A stretch of 64,000 bases of DNA from Candidatus Latescibacterota bacterium (GTDB taxonomy: Bacteria; Latescibacterota; UBA2968; UBA8231). The stretch covers positions 2,112,001-2,176,000 of the forward strand of contig OY730476.1 in NCBI GenBank assembly GCA_963422735.1, written 5' to 3'. Within the stretch, counting starts at the first letter, position 1; every line of letters starts with the position of its first letter. The notes beneath the pieces are model-generated. The model saw only the letters and a program-made list of their open reading frames with translations. It was not told the DNA's origin and did no database searches. Both the position numbers and the translations under genes were made by a program. Positions 39,310 to 47,938 of the stretch are shown one piece after another.

Positions 39310-40047
39310 ATGGATGTAGGCATCTGGCAGACCATTCCCCAACCCGCGATTTCCCGCTACTTAGGGCTAATGGGCTGGGATTGGATCGTCCTCGACCTCC
39401 AACACGGCCCGATGACTTGGGAAACCGCCTATGAGTGCATCCACGCCGCCCGACCGACCGGTGCCCGCCCCCTGATCCGCACCACCATTGGCAACCCCGG
39501 CGAAGTGGAAAAGGCCCTCGACCTAGGAGCGGGCGGAGTCGTCGTGCCCATGGTCAACTCGCTCGCCGCGGCCCAAGCCGTCGCCCTCGCCGCCAAATAC
39601 CCGCCCACAGGGACGCGCTCGCTGGGCGGCGACCACTATCTCCACTACGGCGACAACTACTTTGAAAAGGCCAACGACGAGACCCTGCTACTGGTGCAAA
39701 TGGAACACATTGACGCCGTTGAGCAAGCCGAAGAAATCATGGCCCTGCCCGGCGTCGATGGCTGCTTTGTCGGGCCGGTTGACTTGGCGCTTTCGCTGGG
39801 CCTGTCGCGCCATCGCACCATCTACGAACAGCACCCGGCCTATCAGGCGGCGATAGAGCGGATTGTCGCCACAACCCTCGCAGCCGGCAAGAACTCCTGC
39901 TGCAACACGTATTCCCCCGAGGACTTCGCGGCCAAAAAAGCCGCAGGATTCCAAGCCCTCACCTTCAAGTCGGACCTCGATCTGCTAATGGACAGGGGCA
40001 CTCAACTAATGAGCTGTCTCAAGGGAAGAACCGGGGATTCAGTATAG
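39310..40047 (+). CDS. HpcH/HpaI aldolase family
   Basis: DLQHG, ALDLGAGGVVVPMV, YPPTGTRS, QME, VGPVDL. Confidence 0.85.
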   Translation: MDVGIWQTIPQPAISRYLGLMGWDWIVLDLQHGPMTWETAYECIHAARPTGARPLIRTTIGNPGEVEKALDLGAGGVVVPMVNSLAAAQAVALAAKYPPTGTRSLGGDHYLHYGDNYFEKANDETLLLVQMEHIDAVEQAEEIMALPGVDGCFVGPVDLALSLGLSRHRTIYEQHPAYQAAIERIVATTLAAGKNSCCNTYSPEDFAAKKAAGFQALTFKSDLDLLMDRGTQLMSCLKGRTGDSV

Positions 40048-40075
40048 CACAAAGGCCAAACGAACGGAGATTGTC

Positions 40076-40199
40076 ATGACCCTCACCTGCGCCGATGTAG
40101 ATTTCGACCTCGAGCTCGCCGAATTCAAAATCAACGGCTACGCCGTCTTTGAGGACACGATCCCCGAGAAAAAGGAGGCATTCCCGCCGCTGCTATCTC
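40076..40199 (+). pseudogene. 5' fragment of a PhyH-family gene
   Basis: GGAG RBS then MTLTCADVDFDLELAEFKINGYAVFEDTIP, running into the convergent gene. Confidence 0.5.
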
Positions 40200-41429
40200 C
40201 TACTCTCCCAGCACCTCCCGGGCAACTCTGAGGATGTTGCCGCCGAGGATTTTGCGGATGTCGTCATCGGCATAACCGCGTTGTACCATGCCGACCGTAA
40301 ACAGCGGGAAGTTTGTCCATGCCGTGCTCTGGAACATGCGCTCTTGGCGCCACTCTGAGCGTTGCACGGGGTCGTTGGCCTCCCACAGTGCTTCCCAGCG
40401 CTGGCGGCTTCCTAGCCGCGCCGGCACCTTGGCACTCTCCTCCTTGGCGCGGCAGCTAATGTAGGCTCGATCCGTGCCAATCGTCACGTGATCGACGCCG
40501 ACGACTTGCACCGCGTGGTCGATGTGGTCAAGCATGGCGTCGATGCAGCCGCTGCCGCCGACAAAGGCCGGCACGTTGGTGATGCCTACAGTTCCGCCCT
40601 TGTCGGCGATTGCCCGCATCACGTCGTCCGGCTTGCAGCGATGGTGGTGGTTCAGGGCCGCGCAAGCCGAATGGCTGGAGACGATCGGCTTTTGCGACAC
40701 CTCGGCCGCCTCTAGGCAGGTCTGCCAGCCGGAGTGGGCCACGTCGGCAATCACGCCGACCTCGTTCATCTCGGCGATCACGGCACGGCCAAAGTCGCTC
40801 AAACCGGCGTTGGCCGGCTCGGCACAGCCGTCGCCGATCGGATTGCGGCGGTTGTAGGTCAGGTGCATCATGCGGCAGCCGAGCTCGAAGAACTGGCTGA
40901 TGAAACGCAGCTCCTGTTCGACCGTGGCCTGCTCTCCTGGGAGGGGCACGCCGTTACACGTCTGGTAGATGCAGTGCCGTCCAGCGGCTTTTGCAGCGAC
41001 AATGTCATCGGGGAAAGCGGCGCGCGCCACGTGGTCGCGCAGGCGATCCGTCAGATGCGTATAGTGCGCCAGCCGTCCCAACATGCGCATGGGGTCGTTG
41101 CCCTCCTCACCGGCGTTTTGCAAGGCGCAAGTCACCCCGGACGCCTCCCAAGCCCCCAAGTACTCGGTCTTTAGCTCGTCGTCATCGGCCCAGCGCGTCA
41201 TTCGCATCTGCTCCGATAGGTACTGCAACTCGACCTCCGAGGCTCGCGCCTCCACGGCCCGCGCCATGGCGTCGCCGTCGATCGGTGCCAGCAGCCCGAG
41301 ACTGTACGACTCGCACACAATCGCGTCGCGATGCAAGGCCAACCCGTGCTCCAACTGCCATGCGGACGGTTGCAGGATTTCAAGCGCCACGGCCCGCGCC
41401 TGCTCGATGTTCTCTTCCCAAGAAGTCAT
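40200..41429 (-). CDS. membrane dipeptidase (peptidase M19) family
   Basis: LTYNRRN, GLSDFG, DVAH, SSHS, HVTIGTD, ILGGN; start reset to MTSW. Confidence 0.85.
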   Translation of the reverse strand: MTSWEENIEQARAVALEILQPSAWQLEHGLALHRDAIVCESYSLGLLAPIDGDAMARAVEARASEVELQYLSEQMRMTRWADDDELKTEYLGAWEASGVTCALQNAGEEGNDPMRMLGRLAHYTHLTDRLRDHVARAAFPDDIVAAKAAGRHCIYQTCNGVPLPGEQATVEQELRFISQFFELGCRMMHLTYNRRNPIGDGCAEPANAGLSDFGRAVIAEMNEVGVIADVAHSGWQTCLEAAEVSQKPIVSSHSACAALNHHHRCKPDDVMRAIADKGGTVGITNVPAFVGGSGCIDAMLDHIDHAVQVVGVDHVTIGTDRAYISCRAKEESAKVPARLGSRQRWEALWEANDPVQRSEWRQERMFQSTAWTNFPLFTVGMVQRGYADDDIRKILGGNILRVAREVLGE

Positions 41430-42122
41430 GTCTTCTTCCCTTTCTCCGGGCTGAGGAACGGATGGGGATGCCCGGTATAGACCCGCTCGCCGCGCACCAA
41501 GATATTCTCTGGATCGTCCTTGGATACATCGTGCGAGTCGTGCGCGCTGTATCCAAGGGTCATGCTGCTCCGAGAACCATTGCCTCGGTTGACATCGGAG
41601 CCGTGGAAGCAACAGTCGTTGAACAGCAGCACACCACCCGCTGGCATGGGCAGCGGGCGCCGGAAGTCGCCGCTGGGACGGAGCGGCTTTGCAAAGGGCC
41701 GCAAGTGACTGCCTATAACCAGATGCACACAGCCGTTGTCGATGGTCAATTCCTCCAGATAGATGAGCGCCGTGATTAAGGTCGGCTCGTACAACTCCTC
41801 GCCGGAATGCCACGGCACCAGGGCTGAGCCCGGCGGGCGCACCATGATGTGGTTGTGCTTGTTGGTCAGCAGTTCGATGTTGTCGCCGAGTATGCCCGTG
41901 AGTTAGTGGTTAGTGATCAGTGATCAGTGATCACTGATCAGTGATCAGTGACAGCAGTTCGATGTTGTCGCCGAGTATGCCCGTGAGGGCAACGAGCGCG
42001 ATCGGGTAGGTCGCTGCTTCGAGATACACTGGATCCCGCAGGCGACGCACGTCTTGAGATGTGCGCGAATTGGTGCCGGTCGCCCCGGTTGACCAGCCTA
42101 TGATAATCCGCTTTTATCCATA
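41426..42122 (-). pseudogene. PhyH-family gene disrupted by a heptamer-array insertion and 5' frameshifts
   Basis: ...LTGILGDNIELL [insertion] LTGILGDNIELLTNKHNHIMVRPPG...WHSG...NGCVHLVIGSH...FHGS. Confidence 0.75.
41867..41987. repeat. seven heptamers (41903-41951) flanked by a perfect 36-bp direct repeat
   Basis: CAGCAGTTCGATGTTGTCGCCGAGTATGCCCGTGAG at 41867-41902 and 41952-41987. Confidence 0.95.
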
Positions 42123-42192
42123 TCAATAAAATTATACGGCTATACGGCAGACTACGGATTTTTATTCATACATGCAATCGGAGGAACAAGAC

Positions 42193-42585
42193 ATGACAGA
42201 AAAACTATACGAAGCCGCTTTTCCGTATGCCGAGGACATTCTCGCCTTGCCAGTGGAAGATCTCGACCAAACCGCAACGTGGTATAGAGCGGCGTTTGGA
42301 CTCGCCGAGGTCGAAAGACGCGACGACCCCGTGCCGACGGTCATTCTCGAACGCGATGGTGTGCAGATCGGGTTTGCGGTCAACGGCGGCGATGCCAGCC
42401 AAGAGGGCGCGGCTATTCTGGTGAACGACATCTACAAAGCCCGCGACGAGCTGGAAGCAAATGGTGTCGAGACGGGCAATTGGCGCATGGACGAGCGCGA
42501 TGGAAAGAAATACCAGGTTTTCTTCGTAGTCGCCCCCGACGGGCTTTGTTACTACTTCCACCAGCCAATTGAAAACGCCGGATAG
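42193..42585 (+). CDS. VOC/glyoxalase family protein
   Basis: LPVEDL...WYRAAFGL, ILVNDI, FFVVAPDG; GAGG RBS. Confidence 0.75.
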   Translation: MTEKLYEAAFPYAEDILALPVEDLDQTATWYRAAFGLAEVERRDDPVPTVILERDGVQIGFAVNGGDASQEGAAILVNDIYKARDELEANGVETGNWRMDERDGKKYQVFFVVAPDGLCYYFHQPIENAG

Positions 42586-42832
42586 CGACCCCGGTCGGCT
42601 TATGTCAATCGCGCAGACCGAGTTTTGCGCGCTTCCACTCGCTCTTATAGCTCTTTGGCGTCAGTCGGGCGGGTGCCGGAGGGCGGTCTTTGCCGAACCA
42701 GAATAGTAACTGATGTTCGCAGTGCTTTGTCGCTGACGAACCAGTCCGTGCCGGCGGTCCCCCCGGGGGCCTCCGCAGGAATGACCCCTGCCCGTCGGCC
42801 CGAAGTTCGGACCAAAGGCTCGTCGTTCCCGC

Positions 42833-42887
42833 GCTTCACCCTGCCTTTAGGTAGGACAAGCAGGCTTCACCGCGCCTTTAGGCGTGG
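42833..42887. repeat. two GCTTCACC-hairpin units of the REP/MITE-like family
   Basis: GCTTCACCCTGCCTTTAGGTAGGAC and GCTTCACCGCGCCTTTAGGCGTGG. Confidence 0.6.
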
Positions 42888-42954
42888 CATCCAGCGGGGG
42901 AGGCAGGGCGAAACCACGCGTTGGGCGGCAAACTGCGTAACGTCAGCGTCAGAC

Positions 42955-43380
42955 AGTGAGTAGATGCCGTATCCGTCTGTGTCTGGGGTGCTCGTGTAAT
43001 GAGGGATCAACTGGTTTCTCAGTGCGCTCCATAAACCTCGGTGCATGTTCCTTTTGACTTCCACTGGCACCTGAAAATTCCCATATAAAACTCGTAGTCG
43101 TTGGCGTCCGAATTGCAGCCCAGAGCAGCTGATCCAACTCTTTGATCTGCTTCAGCTTGCAGCGAGTTGGAAAGGCGCACAGCAGGGGCAGGCTCGCGCA
43201 CTAGGCGACTTGAGCGTGGTCTTCGTCTTGTCTGCCCCAGGATCGCCGAGCAACACAGCCCCCAATTGTTCCGCCTCGCACCGGGCTTTTTCCCAATGAC
43301 GCACCAACCATTCCGTATCTCGATCTCGCATCTGTGGCGCAAAGAAAGTCGCCTCCGTCGCAGCGGACGGGACGCGAAAT
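42955..43380 (-). pseudogene. remnant of a large protein with a C-terminal PD-(D/E)xK-like nuclease domain
   Basis: Pieces AFPTRCKLKQIKELDQLLWAAI and FQVPVEVKRNMHRGLWSALRNQLIPHYTSTPDTDGYGIY. Family recalled from memory as the tail of large NACHT-type proteins. Confidence 0.45.
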
Positions 43381-43516
43381 TTTGATCAAAAATCGCCACT
43401 CAGAGCGTCCGCTGAATTCTGGCGTTCGCCGGGATGACGTTTTGAAAGTATTAGGGAATCAGCCCATACTTAATCATTTGTAAATGACTGCGGATTGCTA
43501 TACAAAGGATCGGCCG

Positions 43517-46029
43517 TGAGTAAAACCTCCTTGGCCCTGCTGATCCTGTTCTTTTTTTCCGGGGCCTGCTCCCTCGTCTATCAAGTCGTCTGGGTGCGCA
43601 TGTTGATGCCCGTGTTCGGTGTCAGCACCTTTGCCGTCAGCATTGTTTTGGCTGCCTTTATGGCCGGTCTCGCCCTAGGCAGCTATTGGTGCGGACGAGT
43701 GGCCGACCGCCGAGGCAACGGCCTGCGGCTCTACGCGCTGTTGGAACTGGGCATAGGCGTCTTCGCTTTGATATTCCCGCTTTTGCTCGCGGGCTTAGAC
43801 GAGGTGTACACGGCGCTATACAGCTCTTTGCAGGATATAGACGGGGCCTTCGTGCTCGTCCGCTTGGTGCTCGCCTTCGCGCTGCTGCTGGTGCCGACCA
43901 CCCTCATGGGGGCTACCCTGCCGACGCTGAGCAAGGCCGTGGCGCATCGCTTGGAGCGGGTCGGCGGGGATATGGGACGCCTGTATGCGGCCAATACCCT
44001 AGGCGCGGCCACAGGATGCGCGGTGGCGGCCTTTTTCGCGCTCGAACACTTGGGAGTCAGCGGCACCACCTATGCGGCGGCGGTCGGCAACCTGCTCATC
44101 GCCTTGGTCGCTTATTGGTGGAGCTGCGATGGCCAGCAGGAGCAGACGGATGTAGGACGAGATGCAGCACCCACCACCTTGGAGGGCCGCTTGGTCTTGG
44201 GGGGATTTGCGCTTTCGGGGTTTGTGGCCCTCGGCTACGAGGTGCTGTGGACGCGGCTTTTGGCGATGCTCCTGCAAAGTGCCACCGCCCAAAGCCTGAG
44301 CACGATCCTCGTCGCCTTCCTGCTGGGGTTGGCTGGCGGGGCCGCGCTCGGAGCACACTTGATCGATCGCTGGCGCGCGCCGCTGGCCGTTTTTGGCGTG
44401 GTGGAACTGCTCATCGGGCTGTGTGGCCTAAGCTCGATTGCCGCCTTTGGCAGCATACCCTATATCGTCGAGGTGTGGGGCGGCGCGCTCTCGTGGGAAG
44501 GTCATCTGTCCAAGCTGTTCGTCGCCGCCTTCGTCGTAATGCTCCCGGCGACCCTGCTGATGGGGTTGCTCTTTCCCATTGCGGCCAAGGTGTGCATCCC
44601 GCGCATTGAACAGCTAGGCCGCGGCGTCGGCACCGTGTACGCCACCAATACGCTGGGGGCCATTGCCGGCGCACTGGTCGCTGGGTTTGTGCTGCTACCT
44701 CTGCTGGGCACCTATCGGAGCATTCAGGTGTTGGCGTGGGTCAATATCGCCATCGGTGCGGTGATCTTGGTGCTAGACCCGGCGGCTCAGCCGCGCAGAA
44801 AGGCCGTGCGCACGCTTGGCAGCTTGGCGCTGGGGCTGGCTCTGACGCTACTCTTGCCGGCTGGCCTCTTCGTCGAGTTGTTCCACTGGTCCGAGCCAAA
44901 CAGCCGCTTGCTCTACTGGGACGAGGGTGCTGGTGCCACGGTCTCGGTCCACCAGAAGCAGGACGGTGTGCGGATTCTCAAGGTCAATGGCGGCGGCGAG
45001 GTCCCTACCGACTACGCCTCGCTGCAGACCTTCCGCCTGCTGGGGCACTTGCCGCTGGTCTTGCACCCCGATTCAGCCGAAGTGCTGGTCATTGCTTTTG
45101 GCGGCGGCATCACCCTGTCCGCAGCCGAATTGCATCAGCCGGCGCGCCTCGACTGTGCCGAGTTGGTGCCGGGCGTCCCGCGAGCTGCGCCCTATTTTGC
45201 CCGCTACAACCGCCAGATCGCCACCCGCCTCAACCAAGCACCCATTGAGCTGGTCGCCGAAGACGGCCGCAACCACGTGCTGCACACACAGCGGCAATAC
45301 GACGCCATTATCTGCGACGCCACGCATCCGGGCACGGCCGATAGCTGGGTGCTCTATACGGAGGAGTTCTACCGGCTCTGCCGCAGCCGCGTCGGCACGG
45401 ATGGGCTGGTAGCGCAGTGGCTGCCGCTACACGGGCTGTCGGTGGAGGACTATAGGATGATCCTGCGGACCTTCCGGGTCGTGTATCCGCACGCTTCGCT
45501 GTGGCTGACCCACCAGTATTCGATCCTACTGGGCACGCCGGGTGCGCTGCACATAGACTACGCTGCGCTTGAACGCAAACTAGGACAGTCGGCGGTGCGG
45601 GCGAATTTGCGCTCGGTGGATATGGGCGATCCCCCCTCTTTTTTGAGCGCCTTAATCTTGGGCGAAAAGGAGCTAGCCGCCTACGCGGGCAGCGGGCCGA
45701 TCAATACGGACGACCGCCCTTACATCAGCTTTACCGACCGCCGTCGCCGTGGCACCAGCGGTGGCCTACCCGTGCTCAAGAGCTTGGCCGAGCACCTAGT
45801 CGTCAATCCCCGACCGTACCTATCGGCAGACGTTCCCACAGAGGCTGTCGAAGCACTCGAACAGCGCTTTGCCGCTCGGCGGCACACCGTGCTCGGGACG
45901 ATTGCCCTGCTCGAAAAGGATGGAGAGCGAGCGGCGGCGGCCTTTGCGCGGGCGCGGGAAATTGACCCCGGAGAGCGCGGTGCGCTACGCGGACTCAAAC
46001 AACGGAGCGGACGCGCTACGGCTCCCTGA
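43517..46029 (+). CDS. fused membrane (MFS-like) / spermidine synthase-like protein
   Basis: FFSGACSLVYQVVW, YAANTLG repeated, VLVIAFGGG, EDGRN, YDAIICD, NTDDRP; TPR-like tail; GTG 43517 or TTG 43495. Confidence 0.85.
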
Positions 46030-47935
46030 TTTCGACGAGTTGGTTGCTTGCTATGGGGCCGGAGACGGTCTGCGCGGTGCCAGAGGGCCACTGCACTTCG
46101 ATGCGCTCGACGGTGCTGGTTTGGCCCAAGCCTAAGTAGAGCGGCAAGAGGCTCTGCGAAAGATACCCCGACTTGCCATCGCGTACTCGGGTGTAGGTGT
46201 GGACGCGAGTGTGGACGCTGACTATCGCACCGAGGCCATCGCGGTTGGAGCGGGTGCCCACGAGGCGAACCTTGAGAAAATTGAGATCCGCTTTTTGGTC
46301 GCTCAGATCGCTGATTAACAGCATTGGCGGCGCATTGAACTCATTGGTGACAATATCTAAGTCGCCATCCTCATCTATGTCCGCCAGCGCCGACGCGCGC
46401 GATCCTAGCGCACCCCAGAAGACGTGGGGGCCACTGCGATCCTCGCAGTTGGGATGGGCTGCGTAATCCCCAGCGCAATCTAAGGCAAACCACTGCATGG
46501 CCGTGCGGCCCTTGCGCCGAGGCTCAACCCCAAGGGCAAATTCAGCATCGAGGAAGCCCTTGCCGCGATCGTTGAGCAATAAGGAGTTGACCGCGTAGCG
46601 GAAGGCGTAGTTCATGCTAGCGGTGATAAAGATATCTTCGTACCCGTCGGCGTTGAGGTCGCCCGCGCTCAGCCCCCAAGGCCAGTAGTTTTCCGCGCCG
46701 ATGGAGTCGGAAATCTCGGCGTAAGTGCCGTCGGCTTGGCGGTGGTAAAAGGCATTGCCGTAGATGCTGCGCCCGCCCGAGCGGAGAAAGCTCTCGGTCC
46801 ACTGCATGCGCGATTTGAGCTTTTCGCGCTCCGGCCCAATGTCCTCGCTCATGTCCGAGTGCATGTCGGTGATGTAGAGGTCTTGATGGCCGTCGTTGTC
46901 AAAGTCGAGGATCTGGGCCGACATAGCCCCCCACGGCGTGCGCGGGAAGACCGCTAGGCTCTTGTCGATAAAGCGCCGGCCTTGATCGTTTTCGTAGTAT
47001 TGGTCGTGCCCCTGCATGTTGAGCACGTACAGGTCTGGCCAGCCGTCTTCGTTGGCATCTAGCGCCACCGCGTCGCCGGACCAGCCATCGGCCTTGATCC
47101 CAACCTCCTCGGTCACATCGACAAAGCGGTTTTCCCCTGCATTGCGGAAGAGCAAGCTCGGCTCGGTGCGCTCGGGCTTGAGGTGCCCGGCAAAGGCGTC
47201 TTTGAAGCCGACGTAATAGTGGTACTGCTCAGCTTGCACCTCGGGTGCAAAGCCAATAACCGCGATTGGATCGCCGCGCTCGGTGTACTGCCCAACATTG
47301 GTCAAAAAGAGGTCGAGCTGCCCGTCGCGGTCGTAGTCGAAGAAGAGGGCCGCCGAAGAATGCCCCTCGTGGTCGAGGCCAGATTCTTGCGAAATATTGG
47401 CAAAGCACCCGTCGCCTTGGTTGCGAAAGAGAACATTACCCACGCGCACGTTGGTGACGTACAGATCGGGTGCTCCGTCGTTGTCTAGGTCGGCAAAGGA
47501 AGCACTCACGCCGATGCGCTCTGCGAGCGCCACGCCGCCTCGCTTGGTGATGTCGGCGAAGTGGCCACCGCCCACGTTGCGCCACAGCCCGTTCGGCCCG
47601 GCTTGGTTGACAAAGTAGAGGTCCGTGCGTCCGTCGCCATCGGCGTCCGCCAAGGCAATCCCATTGCCGTGGTCGTAGTGATTGGGCCGGTAGTGCCGCC
47701 CCGAGTCATCAACTATGCGGTGGTGGAAGGCGATGCCGCTTGCGGGCTTGCGGTCGGTGAAGCTGAAATCGCAAAAGACCGCATAGCCTGCGGCCGCGGC
47801 CACTTGGGCTTGGCGACGGCTCTCCAGCCAAGGGGGATCCAGTACTTCTGGGGGGACGCCAACAGCAGCGGGCGAATCGGCTGCGCTTATTTGGGTAGCC
47901 GCCGACAAAGACAAGAGAATTAGAATTAAAGGCAT
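46016..47935 (-). CDS. CRTAC1 family FG-GAP/ASPIC-UnbV protein
   Basis: Signal peptide, many DxDxDG repeats, C-terminal SNRDGLGA...GYLSQ...LGLG...VQWPSG. Confidence 0.85.
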   Translation of the reverse strand: MPLILILLSLSAATQISAADSPAAVGVPPEVLDPPWLESRRQAQVAAAAGYAVFCDFSFTDRKPASGIAFHHRIVDDSGRHYRPNHYDHGNGIALADADGDGRTDLYFVNQAGPNGLWRNVGGGHFADITKRGGVALAERIGVSASFADLDNDGAPDLYVTNVRVGNVLFRNQGDGCFANISQESGLDHEGHSSAALFFDYDRDGQLDLFLTNVGQYTERGDPIAVIGFAPEVQAEQYHYYVGFKDAFAGHLKPERTEPSLLFRNAGENRFVDVTEEVGIKADGWSGDAVALDANEDGWPDLYVLNMQGHDQYYENDQGRRFIDKSLAVFPRTPWGAMSAQILDFDNDGHQDLYITDMHSDMSEDIGPEREKLKSRMQWTESFLRSGGRSIYGNAFYHRQADGTYAEISDSIGAENYWPWGLSAGDLNADGYEDIFITASMNYAFRYAVNSLLLNDRGKGFLDAEFALGVEPRRKGRTAMQWFALDCAGDYAAHPNCEDRSGPHVFWGALGSRASALADIDEDGDLDIVTNEFNAPPMLLISDLSDQKADLNFLKVRLVGTRSNRDGLGAIVSVHTRVHTYTRVRDGKSGYLSQSLLPLYLGLGQTSTVERIEVQWPSGTAQTVSGPIASNQLVEIREP

Positions 47936-47938
47936 GTT

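Noticed and set aside
41867-41987. Minimal CRISPR array (36-bp repeats around a spacer)
   Set aside because: Only two copies, the repeat is PhyH coding sequence, the spacer is a heptamer array, and no cas genes are present.
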